From Chloroflexota bacterium (lineage in GTDB: Bacteria; Chloroflexota; Limnocylindria; QHBO01): 64,000 nucleotides of DNA. The stretch lies in contig JBBPIR010000001.1 of assembly GCA_038040195.1 (NCBI GenBank), forward strand, positions 489,141-553,140, given 5' to 3'. Numbering within the stretch: the first letter of the stretch is position 1; the number at the start of each line of letters is the position of its first letter. Below, piece by piece: positions 56,080 to 64,000 of this stretch. The position numbers were made by a program, and so were the translations under genes. Below the pieces are notes generated by a model. That model was not told where the DNA came from, did not search any database, and saw nothing but the letters and a program-made list of their open reading frames with translations.

Positions 56080-57087
56080 GTGACCGCTGAGGAAAGCCCG
56101 ACTCGGGCTCGGGCGCGGCCGCATGCCGCGCGTGGGGGCGAGCGCGGGCGTGAGCGACTGGCGTACTGGGGTTACCGAGCGACCGAACGCGCCCTGAGCG
56201 CGCTGCCTCGTGGGGTCGTGCTGCCGGCGGCGGCGGCGCTCGCCAACGGCGCCTATGACGTGTCCGGCGCGAAGGGCGCCGTGATCCGGGCCAACATGGC
56301 CCAGGCCCTGGGCCTCCCAGTTGAGGATCCACGAGTGTCGCGCGCCGCGCGCCGCGCGTTCCAGAACTACGGGCGCTACCTGGCCGAGGTCATGCGGCTG
56401 CCGGCCCTGGACCCGGTGGAGGCCCGGCAGCGGGTCACATTCCACGGCTGGGAGAACCTGGCCGTCGCGCAGGGCACCGAGGGCAAGGGACTCCTCATCT
56501 GCGCGGTTCACGTGGGCGCCATGGATCTCCTGGCCCCAGCCCTGATGGTCGAGGGCGAAAAGATCAGCGTGGTGGGCGACGACACGACGTACGGACGGCT
56601 GTACGACCACCTGGCCGCGGTGCGTGGAGCGTTCGGGGTGCAGGTCATCGGGTGGCGCAACCTGCGCCGGCTGTACAAGGTGCTCCAGAGCGGCGGCAAC
56701 CTCGCCCTCCTGTGCGATGGCGCCTACCGACCCGGCGACGTCCCGGTCGAGCTGCTGGGAGCCGCCACCACGTTCCCGGCGGGGCCGGCGGTGATCTCGG
56801 CGCGGACCGGTGCCGCCATCCTGCCCATCGGCGCGCGACGGACCGATGACGACCGGCTGGAGGCGTGGGGATACCCCGTCATCCGGGCCACCAGTTCCGA
56901 GCCGGCCGAGGTCTACCGCGCCACCCAGGCCCTGGCCGATGCCCTGGGCCAGGTCATCGCCGGCGACCCGGGCCAGTGGTACATGTTCCGCCCGGTGTGG
57001 CCCCAGACCGAGGCCGACCGGGCCGCTGCGGACGCGGCGTTGGCTCGAGCCCGGGCGGGCGAGGACTGGACCATCGGCGGCCGATGA
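56080..57087 (+). CDS. lysophospholipid/lipid A-type acyltransferase (HtrB/PatA-like)
   Basis: 335 aa; LPLAT fold with HVGAMD (HxxxxD); synteny with PI synthase and pimA as for mycobacterial patA. Confidence 0.6.
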   Translation: MTAEESPTRARARPHAARGGERGRERLAYWGYRATERALSALPRGVVLPAAAALANGAYDVSGAKGAVIRANMAQALGLPVEDPRVSRAARRAFQNYGRYLAEVMRLPALDPVEARQRVTFHGWENLAVAQGTEGKGLLICAVHVGAMDLLAPALMVEGEKISVVGDDTTYGRLYDHLAAVRGAFGVQVIGWRNLRRLYKVLQSGGNLALLCDGAYRPGDVPVELLGAATTFPAGPAVISARTGAAILPIGARRTDDDRLEAWGYPVIRATSSEPAEVYRATQALADALGQVIAGDPGQWYMFRPVWPQTEADRAAADAALARARAGEDWTIGGR

Positions 57088-58025
57088 GCCTGCGCCCGGG
57101 CGGCCTGGTCCTGCGCGCCGGCCTGGAGCTCGGCGATGCGCTGGTCGGCCTTCTCCCGTCTCGTGCCGCCTACGCCGTGGCGGACCGGCTCGGGCTGGCG
57201 TGGTACCGATTTGCCCCCGCGCGGCGCCGGCTGGTGGCGGCCAACCTGGCCCGCGTGTGCGCCGCAACAGGCCGGCCGGCCCGCGGCACGGAGCTTCGGC
57301 GACTGGTGCGCGCGGCATTCGTGGCCCACGCCCGCTACTACCTGGAGGTGATCCGCCTCCCACGCCAGGGCCGCCGGGATATCGACCAGATGCTGGTTCT
57401 CGACGATGCGGCCGGCGTCGAAGCGCTGGCGCGAGCGGGCGGCGTCATCGGCGTATCCGCCCATTTCGGCAATCCCGAGCCAGGGGCCATCTGGCTTGCC
57501 GCCCGCGGCCTGCGCTGGGTGGCCCCGGTCGAGCGCATCGAGCCGCCGGAGCTGTTCGCGTACCTGCGTTCGCGCCGCGGCGCGGGCAGCGTTGGGGGGG
57601 AGATGGTGCCGCCTCCGAGCGGCCGTCGCGTGCTCGATGGCCTGCGCCACGGCGAGCTGGTGGCCATCGCTGCCGACCGCGACTTGAGCGGGAGCAGCCT
57701 GGTGGTGAGCTTCTTCGGCCACCCGGCGCGGGTGCCGGATGGTCCGGCCACGATCTCCGTCCTGACCGGCGCCCCGGTGGTGGTGGGCACGATCCGCCGC
57801 ACCGCCCCGAATCGCTTCGCGGCCCGCGCCGATCTCGTGGCATGGACACCAACCGGCAACCGCCGGGCCGACGTGGCGGCGTTGACCCAGCGCATCACCG
57901 ACGTCCTGGCCGATCACATCGCCCGGGCGCCCGAGCAATGGTGGGGCGCCTTCCAGCCGATCTGGGCCGACCTGACGCCCGATCAGCTGCCCGACCTCCT
58001 TGCTGGCGGCGGGGGCCCACCATGA
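57084..58025 (+). CDS. second HtrB/PatA-like acyltransferase paralog
   Basis: 313 aa; SAHFGNPE HxxxxE variant motif; ATGA overlap with upstream paralog. Confidence 0.55.
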   Translation: MSLRPGGLVLRAGLELGDALVGLLPSRAAYAVADRLGLAWYRFAPARRRLVAANLARVCAATGRPARGTELRRLVRAAFVAHARYYLEVIRLPRQGRRDIDQMLVLDDAAGVEALARAGGVIGVSAHFGNPEPGAIWLAARGLRWVAPVERIEPPELFAYLRSRRGAGSVGGEMVPPPSGRRVLDGLRHGELVAIAADRDLSGSSLVVSFFGHPARVPDGPATISVLTGAPVVVGTIRRTAPNRFAARADLVAWTPTGNRRADVAALTQRITDVLADHIARAPEQWWGAFQPIWADLTPDQLPDLLAGGGGPP

Positions 58026-58771
58026 GCCGATCCGGACCCCGGAGTGGGGCGCGCGGCATGGCCGATCTCCACCTCCACACCCTGTACTCCGACGGCACCG
58101 CGCGCCTGGTGGACCTGCTCGACTGGGTCGAGCAGCGGACGAGTCTGGACCTGGTGGCCATCACGGATCACGATCGGATCGACGGCGCCCTGCGCGCCCA
58201 CGCCATGCATGCCGCTGGCGACTACCACTTCGGGCTCGTGGTGGGCGAGGAGATCACCACCCGCAGCGGTCACCTGCTCGGCCTGTTCCTGACCAGCCCC
58301 ATCCCGCCGTTCCGCTCGGTGACCGAGACCGTGGAGCGGATTCACGAGCAGCGCGGCCTGGCGGTGGCGCCCCACGCCCTGGGCGTCTTCCTGTCGCTCG
58401 GCCGCGGGAGCCTGGTCCGCCTCCAGACCGATCCACGCCCCGAACGCCACCTCGACGCGGTCGAGCTGATCAACCCCAGCCTCGGCGGGCGGCTGCGCCA
58501 CGCGGCGCTGGCCGAGCTGAACGCCGAGCGCCTCCATCTGCCGGGGTTGGGCAGCTCGGACGCCCACGTGCTTGAGACGGTGGGCAGCGCCTGGACTGCC
58601 TTCGACGGCACGACGGCGGACGAATTCCGGGCCGCGCTGGCAGCAGGTGCGGTCGAGGCGGTCGGCCGCCACTGGAGCACCAGCCACAACGTGGCGGTGT
58701 ACGGCCGTCAGCTGGTGGCCAAGGCCCGCAAGCTGGGGCATACTCTGCGCCCGTCCGGAGAGTGGCGATGA
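58022..58771 (+). CDS. PHP-domain metal-dependent phosphoesterase
   Basis: ADLHLHTLYSDG, ITDHD, HP..., SDAH PHP motifs; start ATG 58022 (alternative 58058). Confidence 0.6.
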   Translation: MSRSGPRSGARGMADLHLHTLYSDGTARLVDLLDWVEQRTSLDLVAITDHDRIDGALRAHAMHAAGDYHFGLVVGEEITTRSGHLLGLFLTSPIPPFRSVTETVERIHEQRGLAVAPHALGVFLSLGRGSLVRLQTDPRPERHLDAVELINPSLGGRLRHAALAELNAERLHLPGLGSSDAHVLETVGSAWTAFDGTTADEFRAALAAGAVEAVGRHWSTSHNVAVYGRQLVAKARKLGHTLRPSGEWR

Positions 58772-59979
58772 GCGTGATTGAGGCCCCCGAGGCCGCCCGA
58801 CTCGACGTCCGTGCGGAGCCGACCGGCCCGACCGTTGCACGCGCCCCGCTGAAGATCGGGATCGTCAGTCCGTATGGCTTTCCGCACCCCGGCGGGGTCA
58901 ACGAGCACGTACGGCACACCTACGAGGAGCTGCGCTCGCTTGGTCACGACGCATGGATCATCACTCCCAAGTACGGTCCGGAGCGCGACAGCGAGGGCCA
59001 CGTCATCCGCGTCGGCACGGGCTGGGCGGTGCCCAGCAACGGAAGCGTCGGCCGCCTGACCATCGGTTGGCGGCTCAGACCCCGGATCCGCGATCTGCTG
59101 GCGGCCCACCGCTTCGACGTCCTCCACTTCCACGAGCCGTTCGTCCCGTTCCTGTGCCCTGTGGTGCTGCGGGAATCGAGGACCGTCAACGTGGCGACCT
59201 TCCACGCGTTCGGCGGCTTCTCCCCGTCCTATTGGCTCGGACGCCGGGCGGGCTCCGGTTTGGCCGCGCGCCTGCACGGCCGGATTGCGGTCAGCGGCGC
59301 GGCCCGCCACTTCATCGGCCGCTACTTCGAAGGCGACTACCGGATCATTCCCAATGGAGTCGAGATCGAGCCGTTTGCCACTGCGCAGCCCTTCGACGAA
59401 CTGCGGGACGGGACCTTGAACATCCTGTTCGTTGGTCGGATGGAGGACCGCAAGGGCATGTCGTACCTCCTGCGGGGCTACCACCGGCTCCGGAAGCGCC
59501 ACGTCGACGCGCGCCTGATCGTGGTCGGCGAGGGTCCGCGACTCCGCGAGTACAAGCGCTACGCGGCGACCCGCCGCATCCGGGACGTCGAGTTCGTGGG
59601 TCACGTGTCGCAGGCCGCCAAGCTCCGCTACTTCGCCAGTGCCGACATCTTCTGTGCCCCGTCTACGGGCCAGGAGAGCTTCGGGATCGTCCTGCTGGAA
59701 GCCATGGCCGCCGGCCTGCCGATCGTGGCCTCGGACATCCACGGCTACAAGAACGTGGTCTCGCGCGATGTCGAGGGCTACCTGGTCGAGCCGCGCAACC
59801 CACGCGCCATCGCGGCGGCGCTGTACAAGCTGGCCAGGAATCCGGACCTGCGACATCGGATGGGCGAGGCCGGCCGCGCAAAGGCCGAGGACTACTCCTG
59901 GGAGCGTGTCACCCAGCAGTTGGTGGCGTACTACCACGAGGTGCGCGACGAGGTCCTCGCGAAGCGCGTCGGCCCCTAG
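58762..59979 (+). CDS. pimA: GT4 phosphatidylinositol alpha-mannosyltransferase (PimA-like)
   Basis: KIGIVSPYGFPHPGGVNEHV, GRIAVS, FCAPSTGQESFGIVLLEAMAAG closely parallel mycobacterial PimA. Confidence 0.75.
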   Translation: MAMSVIEAPEAARLDVRAEPTGPTVARAPLKIGIVSPYGFPHPGGVNEHVRHTYEELRSLGHDAWIITPKYGPERDSEGHVIRVGTGWAVPSNGSVGRLTIGWRLRPRIRDLLAAHRFDVLHFHEPFVPFLCPVVLRESRTVNVATFHAFGGFSPSYWLGRRAGSGLAARLHGRIAVSGAARHFIGRYFEGDYRIIPNGVEIEPFATAQPFDELRDGTLNILFVGRMEDRKGMSYLLRGYHRLRKRHVDARLIVVGEGPRLREYKRYAATRRIRDVEFVGHVSQAAKLRYFASADIFCAPSTGQESFGIVLLEAMAAGLPIVASDIHGYKNVVSRDVEGYLVEPRNPRAIAAALYKLARNPDLRHRMGEAGRAKAEDYSWERVTQQLVAYYHEVRDEVLAKRVGP

Positions 59980-60965
59980 GCCACCTCGAATGGCCGCCGA
60001 TAGGCGGTGAACTTCTCGCTGACGACGAATCCGTTGTCGGTGTAGACGCCAAGTGCCCCGGTCTCGTTGCCCGCGTCGACGCCGAGGATCCCCTCGGCCA
60101 TGCCCCGGTCGCGCAGCAGCGTCAACGAGCGCGCGACGAGCGCGTGGGCCAGCCCGCGACCGCGCCACTGGCGCCGGGTGAAGACCGAGTCCAACCAGCC
60201 CCGTTCGACACCCAGCTGCCGGTTCGCATCGGCGTAGATGGCGTTGATGACTGCGCCCGCGATCTCATCGCCGTCGAAGGCCACCACGTGCAGGGAGGGG
60301 TCGAAACTCGACTCCTCAGACCAGCGAGCGAACGCCGTGTCCGAACTGTCCACTCCGCCCCAGTGGTCGAGAAACGCCTCGTTGTCGGCCAGGAACAGCC
60401 GATGCGAGTCCTCGCGTGTGACCGGCCGCACCTCGAGCCCCTCGGGGAGCGGGAGGTCGGCGATCGGCTGCGCCAGGTCACGGGTCATGTGGAAGAACCA
60501 CCGGGCCGGCCGGTAGCCGTTCCGCTCGTACAGAGCGTGCGCGCCCTTGTCCGTCTCCGCGGCCCAGCAGCCGGCCACCCGAGGCCGATCGATGTCATGG
60601 CTGGCCGCCACCTCAGAGATGCGCTTTCGCGCGCGGGCGAACAGCACGGAGCCGACTCCGCGCCGGCGCCAAACCGGATCCACCTCGCCCCAGGATCGGT
60701 ACTCGCGCAGCCCATCGTTGGTGTCGATCCATGCGACCTTCGCGAAGCCAACGGTCGTCTCGTCGACCTCGGCCACGACCAGGTCGTGGGCGGGGTCGCA
60801 CTTCTCGTCGGGACGCAGCTCCAGGGTCATCTGCTCCACGGTGAGGCGGTCGCTGATCTGGTCGGCCGCCTCGGCATCGTTCGTGATGCGGGTGAGGATC
60901 GGGATGTCGGCCTCCCCGGCGTACGGTCGCAGCCGGACCTGGACATCGGTCAATTTCGAGCTCAT
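59976..60965 (-). CDS. tandem GNAT N-acetyltransferase (MshD/mycothiol synthase-like)
   Basis: 329 aa with two GNAT repeats (RRRGVGSVLF..., RGRGLAHALV...). Confidence 0.5.
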   Translation of the reverse strand: MSSKLTDVQVRLRPYAGEADIPILTRITNDAEAADQISDRLTVEQMTLELRPDEKCDPAHDLVVAEVDETTVGFAKVAWIDTNDGLREYRSWGEVDPVWRRRGVGSVLFARARKRISEVAASHDIDRPRVAGCWAAETDKGAHALYERNGYRPARWFFHMTRDLAQPIADLPLPEGLEVRPVTREDSHRLFLADNEAFLDHWGGVDSSDTAFARWSEESSFDPSLHVVAFDGDEIAGAVINAIYADANRQLGVERGWLDSVFTRRQWRGRGLAHALVARSLTLLRDRGMAEGILGVDAGNETGALGVYTDNGFVVSEKFTAYRRPFEVA

Positions 60966-60966
60966 G

Positions 60967-61767
60967 TCAGCCCACCCGCTTCAGTCTGCCCGTGCGCTTG
61001 GCGTAGCGCTCGGCCCGCCCGAAGGCCCACAGGCCCAGGGGAATGAACACGAACCCCATCAGGGCCAACGGCCAGGCGTCGTGGAGCAGCGCGGTGACCG
61101 ACGTGCCGTTGATCAGCCCCTCCCGCACCGCGTCCAGCACATACGTTGCCGGGCTGAAGTTGCTCAGGAACTGCATCCACTCGGGCAGGATCTCGACCGA
61201 GTAGTACACCCCGCTGATCAGCAGCAGGACCGACTGCAGGACGAAGGTCATCTGCGCCCCGCGCTCCACGTACATGAGCGGCAGGATGGCGGTCATGATC
61301 CCGATCCCGATGAACGAGAACGAGCCCAGGACCATGAACACCGCCGCCGTGCCCAGATCCGCCTGGGCCAGATTCAGGTCGAAGAACAGCGCCAGCACCA
61401 CGAGCATGACCACGGTGTGAATCATCCCGTACGTGACCGCGAAGATGGTCGACCCCAGCATGTGGGTCCAGCGCCGCACGGGAGCCATGAAGGTGTACTC
61501 CAGGGTCCCCTCCCAGCGCTCCCAGGCCACCGTCTCGGCGATGAAACTGAACAGGATGGACAGGTAGTTCCAGAAGATGGCGCCAACGACCAGGGTGAGC
61601 AACAGCACCTGGTCGTTCTGAGACTGACCGATGAGGGCGACCGCCAGGGCGCCCGCCACCGAGTAGACCAGGAAGGCGACTTCCCAGCCCCAGTAGCGCT
61701 TGGTGAGGTTGAAGTTCCGCTCGACGAAGGCGTACGAGGCCCTCAGCTCGCGGGTCAGGATGGCCAT
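60967..61767 (-). CDS. ABC-2 type transporter permease
   Basis: 266 aa, 6 TM, ABC-2 family layout; immediately downstream of ATPase. Confidence 0.7.
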   Translation of the reverse strand: MAILTRELRASYAFVERNFNLTKRYWGWEVAFLVYSVAGALAVALIGQSQNDQVLLLTLVVGAIFWNYLSILFSFIAETVAWERWEGTLEYTFMAPVRRWTHMLGSTIFAVTYGMIHTVVMLVVLALFFDLNLAQADLGTAAVFMVLGSFSFIGIGIMTAILPLMYVERGAQMTFVLQSVLLLISGVYYSVEILPEWMQFLSNFSPATYVLDAVREGLINGTSVTALLHDAWPLALMGFVFIPLGLWAFGRAERYAKRTGRLKRVG

Positions 61768-62673
61768 CTACTCGTCCTCTTCCGGTTCTTTTTCCTCGAC
61801 GTCGTCGTCCAGCGACCGTCCGGTGAAGGTCATGAACACGCTTTCCATGGTCGGAGGCTGGCCGTGCTCAGCGGCGACCATCGCCATCAGGCCGGCCGGG
61901 GTGTCCTCGGCCACGATCCGCCCGTCGTTGAGGATCGCGATCCGCCGACACAGCCGCTCCGCCTCGTCCAGGTCGTGGGTGGTCAGCACGATCGTCGCGT
62001 CGTGGTTGTCCCGCACGTCCTCGATGAAGGTCTGGACGTCCAGCTTGGACCGTGGATCCAGGCCGGTGGTCGGCTCGTCCAGGAGGAGCAGGATCGGGCT
62101 GGTCAGCAGGGCGCGTGCGATGGCCACCTTCTGCTGCATGCCCCGGCTCATCTGCTCCAGCGGCCGGGACAGGCGCTTCTCGGCGATCCCCAGCCGGGCC
62201 AGGATGCGGATCGCCTCGACCCGCGCCAGCCGGGCGTCCATGCCGTACAGGCGCGCGGCGTAGATCAGGTTCTCGAACGGGGACAGCTTCTTGAAGAACG
62301 CCGCGTCCACGCTGACCCGGTTGATCAGGCGCTTGACGGCCATCTCGTCGCGCTCGATGTCATGGCCGAAGATCTCCACCCGTCCGGTGTCGAGCGTCAG
62401 CAGGGTTGAAAAGAGCCGGATGAGGGTCGACTTGCCGCTCCCGTTGGCGCCCAGGATGCCGTAGATCTCGCCGCGCTCGATCCGGATCGACACGTCGTTG
62501 ATGGCCACCACCGGCCGCTTCTTGCGGCCGACCTGGAACCGCTTGCTGACGTGCTCGGCCGTGACGGCCAACGGCAGCACCGGCTCAGGCAGCACCACCT
62601 GCGGCGTCTCCACCGTCGCGGTGGGGCGCTCGTCGGTCACCGTCTTCGTCTGTGGGCTGATGCCGGTCTGCAT
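61768..62673 (-). CDS. ABC transporter ATP-binding protein (DrrA-like exporter)
   Basis: GANGSGKSTLIRL Walker A, LSRGMQQKV signature, LLLDEPTTGLD Walker B; start ATG 62673 (track ORF extends to 62748 through tandem repeats). Confidence 0.75.
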   Translation of the reverse strand: MQTGISPQTKTVTDERPTATVETPQVVLPEPVLPLAVTAEHVSKRFQVGRKKRPVVAINDVSIRIERGEIYGILGANGSGKSTLIRLFSTLLTLDTGRVEIFGHDIERDEMAVKRLINRVSVDAAFFKKLSPFENLIYAARLYGMDARLARVEAIRILARLGIAEKRLSRPLEQMSRGMQQKVAIARALLTSPILLLLDEPTTGLDPRSKLDVQTFIEDVRDNHDATIVLTTHDLDEAERLCRRIAILNDGRIVAEDTPAGLMAMVAAEHGQPPTMESVFMTFTGRSLDDDVEEKEPEEDE

Positions 62674-62686
62674 CTGGAGTTCCTTC

Positions 62687-62740
62687 TGGCTGGACCGATG
62701 TCTTCGGCTGGACCGATGTTGTCGGCTGGACCGATGCGGA
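62687..62740. repeat. 3 x 18 bp perfect/near-perfect tandem direct repeats (GGCTGGACCGATGNNNNN)
   Basis: ggctggaccgatgtcttc / ggctggaccgatgttgtc / ggctggaccgatgcggac, just upstream of ABC exporter start; followed by hairpin gccgtgg-N11-ccacggc at 62754..62778. Confidence 0.6.
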
Positions 62741-63052
62741 CCGGGCACAAAAAGGCCGTGGTCCGGATCGGCCCACGGCTGGGGTCTGAGTCGGCGGCGG
62801 TGCCGCCGGATCGTCAGCTGGTCGCGGGCGTAGATCTCCCGTTTCGCGGGGCGCTGAGCGTGCAGGTCATGGCGATGCGGCTCCTCGTTGCGAACGGGAA
62901 GGATGGCGGGTGGCGGCTACACCCGGCGTTGGTCGCCGGCGGAGTCTACGGGCGGGGGTCGGACGGTGTCAAGAAACGGGCCGAATGGCATTGGAGTCCG
63001 GACAGGACGGGTGCCAGAATGGGAGTCCTAGCTCGGAGGGGAGTCAGTCGCC

Positions 63053-64000
63053 ATGAAATCCGCGCCGCGCGGCGCCATCTTCTGGGGCGCCGCACTTGTC
63101 ACCGCCGGAGTGGTGATCCTGGCCATTCAACAGGGCTACATCAACGACGAGATCCTGGCCGAGGCCTCGCGGTGGTGGCCCTTGATCCTGATCGGCGCCG
63201 GCGTAGCGGTCATTTTCGCCGGCAGCCTGGGCGTGGTGGCCATCGGCTTGGCCGGGATCCTTCTCGGCGCGTTGATTGGCGGGCTGGTGGGGAGCGGGGG
63301 TTCGTTCCCGACTGCGTGTGGTGGCGGTGACCCCGCCCCGTTGGGCGCCTTCGAAAGCGGCTCCTTCGGCGGGAGTGGCGGCGACGTCGAGCTAGATCTC
63401 AATTGCGTCACCCTCGAGGTGAGCGGCGGAGACGCCCCGGAGTGGATCGTCGAGGCCGACGAGGAGTCCGCCTCGGATCTCGAGCTGGCCTCGGCCGAGC
63501 GGAACCTGGTAATCCGATCCGGCGACGCGGTGTCGCTGGGCGGACGCCGTAACGTGGCGCTGGCACTCCCCCAGGACGACGGTACGAACATTTCGACCTC
63601 GCTCAACGCCGGGGACGCGACTCTGGATCTGGCCGGAGGCCACTGGGGCGCGATCCTGATGGACGGGAACGCGGCGGCCTTTACGGTCGACCTCTCGGAC
63701 GCGGAGGTGGACTCGCTGGAGGCGTCACTGAACGCGGGATCGGCCGGCCTCCAGTTCTCCGATCAGACCGCGGTCGGATCGGTCCGGCTGAGCGCGAATG
63801 CGGGCGAGTTCCACGTCTGCGTGCCCGATGGCATCGGCCTGCAGGTCACCATCGGCAGTGACGTCGCGGTGGGTCACAACCTCGACGAAGAGGGATTGAC
63901 CGAGGATGGAGACGTGTGGCGCACGCCGGGATACGCGTCCGCGGACATCCGGATCGACATCGTGTTCAGCGGCAACGCCGCCGCGTTCACGCTCAACCCG
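63053..64000 (+). CDS. partial (3'-truncated by window end) membrane protein with Gly/Asp-rich beta-repeat extracytoplasmic domain (DUF4097/LiaF-like toastrack?)
   Basis: ATG 63053 MKSAPRGAIFWGAALVTAGVVILAI; 2 TM then repetitive SGGD/LNAGDA beta-strand-like repeats; ORF runs off window end; not in supplied ORF track (no stop). Confidence 0.4.
   Translation, partial: MKSAPRGAIFWGAALVTAGVVILAIQQGYINDEILAEASRWWPLILIGAGVAVIFAGSLGVVAIGLAGILLGALIGGLVGSGGSFPTACGGGDPAPLGAFESGSFGGSGGDVELDLNCVTLEVSGGDAPEWIVEADEESASDLELASAERNLVIRSGDAVSLGGRRNVALALPQDDGTNISTSLNAGDATLDLAGGHWGAILMDGNAAAFTVDLSDAEVDSLEASLNAGSAGLQFSDQTAVGSVRLSANAGEFHVCVPDGIGLQVTIGSDVAVGHNLDEEGLTEDGDVWRTPGYASADIRIDIVFSGNAAAFTLNP

Noticed and set aside
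56810-58021. Long Arg/Pro-rich N-terminal extension of track ORF 56810..58771
   Set aside because: It overlaps two acyltransferase genes in another frame. The PHP domain starts cleanly at ATG 58022 with an ATGA overlap to the upstream gene.
1-64000. CRISPR arrays, rRNA genes, transposase/IS elements
   Set aside because: No spacer-repeat arrays, no rRNA-like conserved stretches and no transposase-like ORFs were seen. The only tandem repeats are the 3 x 18 bp unit at 62687..62740.

Overview
The window is a 64 kb high-GC (~70%) chromosomal segment, almost fully coding. It looks Actinomycetota-like: actinobacterial-type Ino1, a PgsA1/PatA/PimA phosphatidylinositol-mannoside cluster and an MshD-like tandem GNAT. 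I found no rRNA, CRISPR array or integrase. Contents in order are below.

- **Betaine catabolism pair.** A choline-kinase-like gene overlaps a dimethylglycine/sarcosine dehydrogenase gene.
- **Small genes.** A PuuD-like amidotransferase, a GlsB/YeaQ membrane protein and a YpfJ-type zinc metallopeptidase.
- **rbcL-prk operon.** A bona fide form III-like RuBisCO large subunit (445 aa, no small subunit) sits directly upstream of phosphoribulokinase.
- **Candidate integrated island (~7.9 kb).** It is bounded by an intact tRNA-Thr(CGU) and a 46 bp direct repeat of that tRNA's 3' half. It carries an ATP-grasp ligase, an NfuA-like protein, an orphan SdhA/FrdA flavoprotein, a GH130 phosphorylase and a GT4 fusion, and a ~27 bp motif recurs in its intergenic regions.
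- **Glycoside operon.** Endonuclease III is followed by glycerate kinase, a tandem-USP::GpgS-like fusion and a GT-A glycosyltransferase.
- **Ligase-like pseudoenzyme.** An ATP-dependent DNA-ligase-like protein has lost its motif I lysine and aspartate; a DEAD-box helicase follows.
- **Housekeeping block.** zupT-zur, galE, CCA-adding enzyme, an HNH endonuclease, pdxS-pdxT, a Ycf45-like R3H ATPase, tmk and a DarA-like PII protein.
- **Remodelled complex I operon (the main result).** The order is nuoA-B-C-D-H, then a NuoI N-terminal half fused to a NuoE-like domain, a NuoF-like gene, and a large NuoG-N / GltD / NuoG-N4 / NuoI C-terminal fusion, then PAS and MBL-fold genes, then nuoJ-K-L-M-N.
  - nuoEFG is absent between nuoD and nuoH; an E-like, F-like, G-like block lies inside a split nuoI instead.
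  - The E-like and F-like proteins each lack canonical Fe-S cysteine ligands.
  - NuoL carries a ~95 aa His/acidic-rich insertion after TM1.
- **After the operon.** A sortase-like protein with Ser in the catalytic Cys position and a degenerate ABC pair.
- **Inositol lipid cluster.** ArsR, PI(P) synthase, Ino1, two PatA-like acyltransferases, a PHP-domain phosphoesterase and PimA.
- **Window end.** An MshD-like GNAT, an ABC exporter preceded by 3 x 18 bp tandem repeats, and a partial membrane protein running off the end.
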